DNA from: a virus
Reading direction: 5' to 3' (one strand)
Length of the DNA stretch: 64,000 bases
IMG/VR virus record: IMGVR_UViG_3300044712_000336
Coordinates: 32,001 to 96,000 of that record
Position 1 is the stretch's first letter, and each line of letters starts with the position of its first letter. Positions 10,517-18,337 of this stretch are shown one piece after another. The notes under the pieces are model-generated. The model was not told the origin of the DNA, searched no databases, and saw nothing but the letters and a program-made list of their open reading frames with translations. The position numbers and the translations under genes are program-made.

Positions 10517-10741
10517 ATGGAAGAAAAACAATATTGTGAAGAATGTGGTGAAGAACTAATTAATGGTATATGTTTTAATGATGAATGTGCATCATCACCG
10601 TATTATATAAGTGAAGATGAAGAAAATGATGAAGATTGGTGTGAATTATGTGGTGATGAGATGATTGATGGATATTGTAGTAATCCATCATGTGAAAATT
10701 CAGAAGAATACAATGAAGATAACGAAAATACAGAAGAATAA
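10517..10741 (+). CDS. acidic double zinc-ribbon-like microprotein
   Basis: Two copies of CExCG[DE]E[LM]I[ND]GxCxNxxC. Confidence 0.75.
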   Translation: MEEKQYCEECGEELINGICFNDECASSPYYISEDEENDEDWCELCGDEMIDGYCSNPSCENSEEYNEDNENTEE

Positions 10742-10908
10742 TGGCTAAAGAAGTAACAACAACAGTAAAGAATCCATCAGGAGCAGTAGTTAAACAATGT
10801 TCTTGTAAACATGAATTTCAAGATGAAATACATGGTAAAGGAATGAGAGTTCATAATGTAACAACTAAAGGTAATAAATGTACTGTATGTGGAAATATTA
10901 ATCGTTAA
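10741..10908 (+). CDS. 55-aa Cys/His metal-binding microprotein (not in ORF track)
   Basis: MAKEVTTTVKNPSGAVVKQCSCKHEFQDEIHGKGMRVHNVTTKGNKCTVCGNINR; TAATG coupling to the upstream gene. Confidence 0.75.
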   Translation: MAKEVTTTVKNPSGAVVKQCSCKHEFQDEIHGKGMRVHNVTTKGNKCTVCGNINR

Positions 10909-10918
10909 AATAAGTAAA

Positions 10919-11353
10919 ATGATACAAGTAAGGCAAAATGTATTTGAAACTAATAGTTCAAGTACACATAGTGTTAGTATTTCTTATGAAGGTGATTTAA
11001 CAGATATTCCAATACCAGATGATAATGGAATAGTTCATGTAGATACAGATGAATATGGGTGGGAAGAATGTGAATATAATGATTTATATAGTAGATTATC
11101 TTATGCAGCTACTTATGCTTTAAATTATGGAAGTGAAGAAAATAAAGAGTTATTAACTGAAGTTATTAAACAATACAGTGGTGCAAAAGAAGTATTATAT
11201 GATCATAATAATAATCCAGTTTATTGGAAACATGGTTATATAGACCATCAAAGTACAGACACAGTGGCTGATATATTTGAATCAAGAGAAAGTTTAGTTA
11301 ATTTTCTATTTAATCCAAATTCATATTTTATTACAGATAACGATAATCATTAA
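10919..11353 (+). CDS. FETNSSSTHS-motif protein A
   Basis: ATG at 10919 gives MIQVRQNVFETNSSSTHSVSI; also EYGWE, GYIDHQS and C-terminal DNDNH. Confidence 0.8.
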   Translation: MIQVRQNVFETNSSSTHSVSISYEGDLTDIPIPDDNGIVHVDTDEYGWEECEYNDLYSRLSYAATYALNYGSEENKELLTEVIKQYSGAKEVLYDHNNNPVYWKHGYIDHQSTDTVADIFESRESLVNFLFNPNSYFITDNDNH

Positions 11354-11357
11354 AATT

Positions 11358-11600
11358 ATGATACAAATAAGAAATTCAATTTTCGAAACTAATTCCATTA
11401 GCACACATAGTATTACTATTTGTACACCAGAAGAATGGAGTAAATTAGAGTCTGGTGACTATGATGGATTAGATGAAAGATTAATAGAGAAGTTTGAAAA
11501 TAATTATAGAGATTCATATATGGAAACATATAGTTATGAAACTACTACTCCGGGTGGTGAAAAAATAAGATTATTTGGAGATTATGGAAGGGATGGTTAA
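11358..11600 (+). CDS. FETNSxSTHS-motif protein B
   Basis: MIQIRNSIFETNSISTHSITI; C-terminal TPGGEKIRLFGDYGRDG. Confidence 0.8.
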   Translation: MIQIRNSIFETNSISTHSITICTPEEWSKLESGDYDGLDERLIEKFENNYRDSYMETYSYETTTPGGEKIRLFGDYGRDG

Positions 11601-12063
11601 TATAAGAAAAAATGTGTTTGAAACAAATAGTAGTTCAACACACTCCATTACTATTGGCAATATAAATTCAAAACCATTAGAATTATTAAAAGATGGTATA
11701 TTAAATCCACAACTACTAATTGATAAATATGTTGCTTATAATTATGAATATAAAATAGTATGTTATAATTTAGAAGAGAAATTAGCGTTAGTAACATTAT
11801 GGATTTTGTGTGATAGATGGAATGTTACTGATGAAATTAGAGAAGAATTATTAAATATAATTAAAGAAGAGTTTAATATAGTTAAAATATTAGATTTAAA
11901 AGAGTTAAGATTTTCTTCACAAGATGATGACGATGATATATTATTTGATTATGGTTATGAAGAAGAAATTGATATTATTTCAACAAAAAAGAAGTTATAT
12001 GAATTAATAAATATTATAAAAGATGACAGTAGATTCATTAGTGATATCAAAGAAGAAAGATAA
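11593..12063 (+). CDS. FETNSSSTHS-motif protein C
   Basis: ATG at 11593 gives MVNIRKNVFETNSSSTHSITI, in register with paralogues A and B. Confidence 0.8.
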   Translation: MVNIRKNVFETNSSSTHSITIGNINSKPLELLKDGILNPQLLIDKYVAYNYEYKIVCYNLEEKLALVTLWILCDRWNVTDEIREELLNIIKEEFNIVKILDLKELRFSSQDDDDDILFDYGYEEEIDIISTKKKLYELINIIKDDSRFISDIKEER

Positions 12064-12937
12064 ATTAGTAGAATATAAAAATGGTAATACTACAGTTACT
12101 ATATATAAAGATGGTACAAAAGTAAGAGAGTTTGAAGGTATTCCAGTAGTGGAACATCCTGAAAGTATGGATATTAAAATTACTAATTATTGTGATTTAG
12201 GATGTCCATATTGCCATGAAAATTCTACTATTAAAGGAAAACATTCAGATTTATTCTTACTAAAGGAAAAATTGGATATACTTCCAGCAGGTATTGAATT
12301 AGCATTAGGTGGTGGTAATCCATTATCTCATCCAAATTTAGTACAATTTTTAGAATGGTGTAAAACTAAGGGATTTATAGCTAATATAACTATTAATGAA
12401 AAACATATAAATAAGTATAATGAATTAATTATAGATTTAATAACAAGAGATTTAGTCAAAGGTATTGGTATATCTGTTACTGAAGGAAATATTAATCTTA
12501 TTAAATCATTATATAAATTATCATCAAATATAGTATTACATTTAATTGTGGGAATAAATACTATTGAACAAATTGAAGAATTATGTACTATAAAAGGTAT
12601 AAAAGTATTATTACTTGGGTACAAAACATTTGGTAGAGGAATATCATACTACTCTCAAGATATAACAGATAATATTAATAAATGGTATAAACATCTTCCT
12701 ACATTAGTAGGAAAGTTAGTATTAAGTTTTGATAATCTGGCTATTGAACAATTAAATGTAAAGAGATTATTTACATCAAAAGGATGGGATAGATTTTATA
12801 TGGGGGATGATTTTACTTTTACTATGTATATTGATGCAGTAGAACAACAATATGCTCCTACAAGTAGATCTGATGATAGACAATCTTTTAAAGATTATAA
12901 TGTAATACAATATTTCAAAACATTTAAAAATAAATAA
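12023..12937 (+). CDS. radical SAM enzyme (no SPASM/twitch cysteines)
   Basis: CDLGCPYC at 12191-12214, ALGGGNP (GGE-like), ANITIN, GIGIS; start could be GTG 12041. Confidence 0.9.
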   Translation: MTVDSLVISKKKDKLVEYKNGNTTVTIYKDGTKVREFEGIPVVEHPESMDIKITNYCDLGCPYCHENSTIKGKHSDLFLLKEKLDILPAGIELALGGGNPLSHPNLVQFLEWCKTKGFIANITINEKHINKYNELIIDLITRDLVKGIGISVTEGNINLIKSLYKLSSNIVLHLIVGINTIEQIEELCTIKGIKVLLLGYKTFGRGISYYSQDITDNINKWYKHLPTLVGKLVLSFDNLAIEQLNVKRLFTSKGWDRFYMGDDFTFTMYIDAVEQQYAPTSRSDDRQSFKDYNVIQYFKTFKNK

Positions 12938-13758
12938 TGGCACAAAGGATAGCAATATTAGGTGAACCAAATTCAGGGAAATCTTATAGTAGATCTTTTA
13001 TAACAAATTCAGATAGTGTATTTGTACTAGCTCCTTCAGATAAGAAGTTATATTTAAAGAAATCTGATGGAAATAGATTAGATTATTTTAATATAAGTAC
13101 ACAAAAATTAAAAACTACTGAAGAAGTAGCAAAAGTATGTAATAAAAATACTGATGATATTTGTGGAATAATTGATGTACTTACTAAAAAAGGTATAGAG
13201 TTTTCCTGTACTGGAAATTATATAGTTAATTATCGTATAGAAGATGCAGGAACAATACTTAATATAATTAGTAGTAAAATGATACATATAAATACAGTAA
13301 TAATTCCAGATTTTACACATTTTATTAGTGCAGAAATAAGTGAAATAGATTTTATTAAACGTAAGTCTGGTGGTGATGCTTTTGCTAAATATTTAGAACT
13401 AGCAGCAAACTCATTAAATTCCTTTATTAAGAGTGTAGATTTATTACGTAAAGATTTAATTGTAGTTACAGAGTATCATATAGAGTATGATGAAATTGAT
13501 GGAAATTATCATATATTTGTTCCTGGAGGCAAGATGATGGTAGAGAAGTTTAAATTAGATAGTTATTATGATTATATATTATATACTAAATATATAGATG
13601 ATAATAATGTAAAATTCAATGATAGGTTTAAATTTGTAGTTAGACGTGATGGAAAATATAATGCACGTTCTTCTGGTATATTCGGTGAACAAATACTAGT
13701 TCCAAACAATTTACAAATTGTATTAGAGAAGGTTAGAGAAGATAATGGTATAAAATAA
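12937..13758 (+). CDS. P-loop ATPase (Sak4/AAA_24-like, crAss replication block)
   Basis: ILGEPNSGKS, VIIPDF, EYH, GGKM motifs; lies near SSB-like gene. Confidence 0.75.
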   Translation: MAQRIAILGEPNSGKSYSRSFITNSDSVFVLAPSDKKLYLKKSDGNRLDYFNISTQKLKTTEEVAKVCNKNTDDICGIIDVLTKKGIEFSCTGNYIVNYRIEDAGTILNIISSKMIHINTVIIPDFTHFISAEISEIDFIKRKSGGDAFAKYLELAANSLNSFIKSVDLLRKDLIVVTEYHIEYDEIDGNYHIFVPGGKMMVEKFKLDSYYDYILYTKYIDDNNVKFNDRFKFVVRRDGKYNARSSGIFGEQILVPNNLQIVLEKVREDNGIK

Positions 13759-13775
13759 AAGTTTTATACATATAA

Positions 13776-13807
13776 TTTGCGTATTTAAAATAATACATGT
13801 ACTTTTG
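13776..13807 (+). promoter_or_regulatory. Bacteroidota sigma-A-type promoter (-33/-7)
   Basis: TTTG (13776-79), 20-nt spacer, TACTTTTG (13800-07): exact TTTG-N19-21-TAnnTTTG match in an intergenic gap. Confidence 0.8.
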
Positions 13808-13950
13808 TATCATCAATCAGGGAATACTTAACCAATTAAGGGTTGATGACTTACAAAGGTCGAATTGGTCAAAAACATTGAAAGTTATTAAAAATAAGTA
13901 TAAGGTAATTCATAAACAACATTAAAAATTAAATTAAAAAGTTAAAAATC

Positions 13951-14766
13951 ATGGCTATTTCAAAAAACAATTTGTCAAAAGCATTAGAAGTTAAAGAACG
14001 TAAAGTACGTGAATCTAAAGGTACAGTTAAACCTGAATATAAACCAATTGATAATACAAATAGGTTTGTAATTTCAGCTCAAACAATGAGGGGTTCTGAT
14101 AATATCAAACTTAATGGTCGTATTTATGATCCAACTGTAGCAGAACTTGCTAAATCTAAAGGTAAATTGAAAGATAACTTTGCTTTCCTTCATGGTGAAG
14201 CTGGTAAACTATTCTTAGTTGTAGTTGATGCTGATAAAATGGCACATATTCAAGGTTTGAATGGTAAGAATGCAGTATGTGGGCAAGAATTTGCTGAAAC
14301 TAAAGTAATTAAAGGTGAACGTGCAGGTGAAGTAATGGTAGTTGATCGCAGACGTCAGTTAAACATGGCTAAATTTGGTATGCCTGTATCAGATTCAAGG
14401 AACTGTCAGAAATTTGAAATACCAACAACTGGTAAATTGATTGCTAATACTGTTGCTACAATTGGTAAAGATAATGTAGAACGTATTCTTGATGGTAAGA
14501 ATCTACGTTATGTAATTGGAACTAAAGTAGAACTTAGTATTCCAGTTGATACTAATAAGTTGATTGATCCTTCATTGGAAGGTAAAACTAATGCTCGTTA
14601 TGCTAAAGAAGATGTAACATTTGTAGCATTTGAACTTACACCAAAGTTTAAAACTGAAGTTAAAGGTGAAGAAGTAGTATCGACTACTGAAATTGAAAGT
14701 GAAGAAGTTGAAGTTGAAGTTGAAGTTGAAGTTGAAATTGAAAGTGAAGAAGAAGTAGAAATCTAG
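13951..14766 (+). CDS. probably highly expressed basic protein with Glu/Val acidic tail
   Basis: Own promoter and terminator; frequent CGT/GGT/GCT/AAC codons unlike neighbours; EVEVEVE tail. Confidence 0.8.
   Translation: MAISKNNLSKALEVKERKVRESKGTVKPEYKPIDNTNRFVISAQTMRGSDNIKLNGRIYDPTVAELAKSKGKLKDNFAFLHGEAGKLFLVVVDADKMAHIQGLNGKNAVCGQEFAETKVIKGERAGEVMVVDRRRQLNMAKFGMPVSDSRNCQKFEIPTTGKLIANTVATIGKDNVERILDGKNLRYVIGTKVELSIPVDTNKLIDPSLEGKTNARYAKEDVTFVAFELTPKFKTEVKGEEVVSTTEIESEEVEVEVEVEVEIESEEEVEI
14689..14752 (+). repeat. (GAAGTT)x5 microsatellite flanked by a 19-bp direct repeat
   Basis: GAAGTT x5 at 14704-14733; GAAATTGAAAGTGAAGAAG at 14689 and 14734. Confidence 0.85.
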
Positions 14767-14789
14767 GTTAAACCAACCTATATAACGAT

Positions 14790-14823
14790 GAGGGTATTAT
14801 CTTAATTGGTAATACCCTTTTTT
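14790..14823 (+). terminator. intrinsic terminator
   Basis: GAGGGTATTATC-ttaatt-GGTAATACCCTT followed by T-run. Confidence 0.85.
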
Positions 14824-14877
14824 ATTTGATACAAGTGAAGAATTGATAAATTAATTAAACAAAAATAAATAATAAAC

Positions 14878-15687
14878 ATGGCAAAGATTAAAGAAGGTAC
14901 TGGTAATGGTAAATTTGTTGGTTATGTTCCTGCACAGATTCAAGTAGTAAACCCAACTGTTCAACAAAAGAAAGAAGTATTAGGATTTGAACAAGATCCT
15001 ACTAAAGAAGTAAAAGGGTATACTGGTATTAATAGTAATAGTAATGCTAAATATCTAATGTTACAATTTTGGTTTAGTATTAAATCACCAGAGGTAAGTC
15101 CTAAATATAAGGATTCATTTACAATATTCTTATCCGATGAACAGGATTCAATGGGTAGTCCTGAGAATGGTTTATTAGGATGGATTGATGATGATGGAAA
15201 TATTGATTATGCCCAATCACCAGCAGAAGCAGAAGAAAAAACTAGTGAAAGAGGGTATAAATTCTCAGCAAAAACAGCAAGGAAATTATATAAAGGTGAA
15301 TCTGTTATGATGTCTTTATATAAAGCTATTCATGGTAAAGGAAGTTCTTTTGTATTAGATCAAGAATTAATTGATACTTTATTGAATGATGCAGAAGAAA
15401 GTAATGTATTATTGAATACTTGGTTTATCAGTAAAGGGAAAGATGGTAAAATCAACAAGACTATAGGTATCCTTCTTGGAATGGATGAAAAAGGTAATAC
15501 TAAATTATATGATAAAGCATTTGGTACTTTAGATTGGATTAAAAAGAAATTGGAAAAGAATAATTATTTTAAAGCACAATTTCCGTCTGATTTTGCTCTT
15601 ACATCATGGACTAAAGATGATTTAGTTGGTGATGATGTAGATGAGTTCTTTGAAGAAGATGATGCTGTAAATGAAGATCAATTTTAA
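14878..15687 (+). CDS. putative single-stranded DNA-binding protein
   Basis: Acidic aromatic-ending tail (DDVDEFFEEDDAVNEDQF), VVNPT and LQFWF motifs, location after Sak4-like ATPase. Confidence 0.55.
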   Translation: MAKIKEGTGNGKFVGYVPAQIQVVNPTVQQKKEVLGFEQDPTKEVKGYTGINSNSNAKYLMLQFWFSIKSPEVSPKYKDSFTIFLSDEQDSMGSPENGLLGWIDDDGNIDYAQSPAEAEEKTSERGYKFSAKTARKLYKGESVMMSLYKAIHGKGSSFVLDQELIDTLLNDAEESNVLLNTWFISKGKDGKINKTIGILLGMDEKGNTKLYDKAFGTLDWIKKKLEKNNYFKAQFPSDFALTSWTKDDLVGDDVDEFFEEDDAVNEDQF

Positions 15688-15711
15688 TAATAATTAAATA
15701 AATATAACAAT

Positions 15712-15969
15712 ATGAATTTTGGACAAGCAATTGAAGCCTTAAAAGAAGGTAAAAAATTACAAAGATCTGGATGGAATGGTAAAGGAATGTTTGTATATTA
15801 TGTTCCTGATAATACTTTTAAAACTTTAACAGAAGTAGCTAAAACACATTTTGGTGATGAATTAAAATTTAATGCTTATTTTGCTATAAGGAATGTAAAT
15901 AATACAGTAAGTATGTGGGTTCCATCAATTAATGATTGTTTAGCAGAAGACTGGACAATTATAGAATAA
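15712..15969 (+). CDS. DUF2829 / Thoeris anti-defence Tad2-like protein
   Basis: MNFGQAIEALKEGKKLQRSGWNGKGMFV...WVPSINDCLAEDW family signature. Confidence 0.85.
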   Translation: MNFGQAIEALKEGKKLQRSGWNGKGMFVYYVPDNTFKTLTEVAKTHFGDELKFNAYFAIRNVNNTVSMWVPSINDCLAEDWTIIE

Positions 15970-15980
15970 TTAAACATAAC

Positions 15981-16016
15981 AAGGGTAATTAAGGTAATAC
16001 TTAGTTACCCTTTTTT
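15981..16016 (+). terminator. intrinsic terminator
   Basis: AAGGGTAATTAAG-gtaata-CTTAGTTACCCTT plus T-run. Confidence 0.85.
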
Positions 16017-16115
16017 ATTGGTGCAAGTAGACAAATCTTGCTTAATACTAAGTCGAAGAGGATAGTGAAAACTATAATAAGACATACCAATATTAACAAT
16101 TAAAATTAAATAATT

Positions 16116-16346
16116 ATGTTACCAACACAAGAAGAACAAGATAAGAAATGGACTGAATTAGAAAAAGTATATTGTGAAAAAGATAGTATTTTACATAATC
16201 ATGGATTATTTGCAGAAGAATATGCTAAATGGTTATGCACTGAAGTAATTAAACATTGTGCTGAAGTTGCTAAAATTAAAATGATTGAAGATGGCTTTAT
16301 TGTAGTAGATAAACAAAGTATTTTAAATGTAATAAATGAATTATAA
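16116..16346 (+). CDS. hypothetical protein
   Basis: ORF track, A-rich start context. Confidence 0.6.
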   Translation: MLPTQEEQDKKWTELEKVYCEKDSILHNHGLFAEEYAKWLCTEVIKHCAEVAKIKMIEDGFIVVDKQSILNVINEL

Positions 16347-16366
16347 TAACAAAATAAAACAAAATT

Positions 16367-16768
16367 ATGGAAGAATACATCTTAGTAAAATGGCCAGAAG
16401 TTCAAGAACTAATGGAAAAAGAATGGTTTCAAGAAGAAGCTATATTAGCTTTAGGTAATAAAGAAATAACAGGTGATTCTGCTTATTTTATACCTAAAGA
16501 AAGAATGGATAAATTGCAAAAACAATATATGCAAGATTCATTAAAAGAATTTGATATTATACTTTCTAAAATAACAGATGAACAAATTGAAAAATTAAGG
16601 AAAGAATTTAATATATTTGAAAAAACTGAGAGTGAAGAAGAAATAACTGATACTATGAGGTTAGATTGGTTAGAACAAACTTATTCAGATGATGAGTGGT
16701 TACATGAAGTACCGTTAAATAATTTAACTATAAGAGAATTTATTGATAAACAATTAAAACAAAAATAA
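16367..16768 (+). CDS. hypothetical protein
   Basis: YILVKWPEVQELM and DTMRLDWLE segments typical of phage accessory proteins. Confidence 0.65.
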   Translation: MEEYILVKWPEVQELMEKEWFQEEAILALGNKEITGDSAYFIPKERMDKLQKQYMQDSLKEFDIILSKITDEQIEKLRKEFNIFEKTESEEEITDTMRLDWLEQTYSDDEWLHEVPLNNLTIREFIDKQLKQK

Positions 16769-17013
16769 TGGAAGAACAATTAGAACCATACTTAGATTTC
16801 CAATATCATGGAAATAAAGAAGATATAACAGCAGTTAATAGTTCTTTACAAGTATTAGAGAAGATAATGGATCGTAAATATTTTGAGATAATAAGAAATA
16901 CATTCTCATTACAAAATGAGTACTGGCGTATAAGTAATAAATGTGGTGAATCATTAGAAGCTATGATAAGATTAACTGAGTATGTATCAAATTTAACATC
17001 AAAACAAGAATAG
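16768..17013 (+). CDS. hypothetical protein
   Basis: TAATG coupling. Confidence 0.6.
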   Translation: MEEQLEPYLDFQYHGNKEDITAVNSSLQVLEKIMDRKYFEIIRNTFSLQNEYWRISNKCGESLEAMIRLTEYVSNLTSKQE

Positions 17014-17014
17014 T

Positions 17015-17239
17015 ATGGATATAACAATGTGTACAGGAATAGAATGTCCAATAAAGGAAACCTGTTTAAGGTATAAAGGTGAAGTTAATAAACGTTATCA
17101 AAGTTTCTTTAAATATATTCCAGTAAAAGATGGTAAATGTGAATATTATTGGGAAATAAAAGAACATACACCATTAACAGAAAAAGAAGAAATGGATCAA
17201 TATTTTGATAAATTAATACAATTAGGGTTATGGGAATAA
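17015..17239 (+). CDS. small Cys-rich protein
   Basis: DITMCTGIECPIKETCLRY...CEYYW. Confidence 0.65.
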   Translation: MDITMCTGIECPIKETCLRYKGEVNKRYQSFFKYIPVKDGKCEYYWEIKEHTPLTEKEEMDQYFDKLIQLGLWE

Positions 17240-17781
17240 AATCAAAATTAGTAGATTTGTATTATGATACAAAGAATTTCTTTATAAATGTATGGTTGTA
17301 CAGGAAAACATTAGCTAAAGATAGACATTGGGATTATGTGTATATATTATATATGTTAAAACGTAAGTTAGAATTAACTAGAGATGTTATATTAAAAGAC
17401 GAATATACATGCTCAGAAAGAACTACACAAGATTTAAGATATATTAATATTTGTATAAAATTAATAGATTATTTAGAAAATAGTTATTACTTATCAGAAA
17501 GAGTACGTTACTATAATTTTGATATAAACTGGGAAGACATAAAATACAAATATGGAAGAATACAATTATGTAAAAGTACTGAAATAATAGTAACTTTAGA
17601 TAAATCAGATGAATATATTAAAAAATATAAACATGTTTATAAAGAAGTACTTAAAAATTATCCAGAAGAAAAACATGATACACATTTTATAATGTTATAT
17701 ATGGATGATGCTTTAGAAGATAAAGCATATAAATTATTATTTAACATATTGTATAACAAAATGAGATTTTGGTGGAGGTAA
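17230..17781 (+). CDS. hypothetical protein
   Basis: ORF track; DRHWDY motif, WW C-terminus. Confidence 0.65.
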   Translation: MGIKSKLVDLYYDTKNFFINVWLYRKTLAKDRHWDYVYILYMLKRKLELTRDVILKDEYTCSERTTQDLRYINICIKLIDYLENSYYLSERVRYYNFDINWEDIKYKYGRIQLCKSTEIIVTLDKSDEYIKKYKHVYKEVLKNYPEEKHDTHFIMLYMDDALEDKAYKLLFNILYNKMRFWWR

Positions 17782-17785
17782 TAAT

Positions 17786-18337
17786 ATGGATAAACAGATA
17801 AATAAAGCGTTTGGTAAAAAAATATATTTATTAGGCATTGACCAAGAAGGTACAAAATATTGGTTAGAAGAACCAAAATGGGATTGTGGTTGGTATTGGG
17901 GATTTGGGTATATTGAATCATATACAAATAATGATAATCCATCATTAAGTAGGGATATAAATTCCCATCAACATTGGGAAGGAACATTGCAAGAATTAAA
18001 TATTCCCATGATGTTGGTAGGATATAAAGGAGTAAGTTATATTAACTGGAATAAAGAAGTATTAGAAAGGAAAGAATATGTACATAATCCTTATGATAAT
18101 CCATATTTAGTAGAAAAAACATTTAATGAGAAGGAAGGTTGGGAATTGGGTGAATTATTTGCACAATTTTATTTTCTAAAACAAGCTGCTGAAATGTTTA
18201 ATAGAGGTAAAGCTTATATAAGTAATACAATTATTCCTTTATGGAAAGATGATAATAAAGTTAAAGAAATTAATGAAATTATTATACCAAATGTAACTAA
18301 AAGAATATTAGAAATATTAACCCCAAAGAGTGAGTGA
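17786..18337 (+). CDS. hypothetical protein (Trp-rich WDCGWYWGFGY motif)
   Basis: ORF track. Confidence 0.7.
   Translation: MDKQINKAFGKKIYLLGIDQEGTKYWLEEPKWDCGWYWGFGYIESYTNNDNPSLSRDINSHQHWEGTLQELNIPMMLVGYKGVSYINWNKEVLERKEYVHNPYDNPYLVEKTFNEKEGWELGELFAQFYFLKQAAEMFNRGKAYISNTIIPLWKDDNKVKEINEIIIPNVTKRILEILTPKSE

Noticed and set aside
10889-10918. Upstream starts given in the ORF track for motif proteins A (10889) and C (11575)
   Set aside because: ATGs at 10919 and 11593 align all three paralogues and reduce overlap with upstream genes.
10919-11660. CRISPR-like or DGR-like DNA repeats at the three motif copies
   Set aside because: Similarity is at protein level with synonymous divergence; no identical repeats, spacers or reverse transcriptase.
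13840-13870. Hammerhead ribozyme core
   Set aside because: TTGATGA and GAAT deviate from CUGANGA/GAAA and the required stems are absent.
16018-16090. tRNA gene (73 nt, ends near ACCA)
   Set aside because: No 7-bp acceptor stem, T-loop TTC or proper anticodon arm; kept only as a generic structured element.
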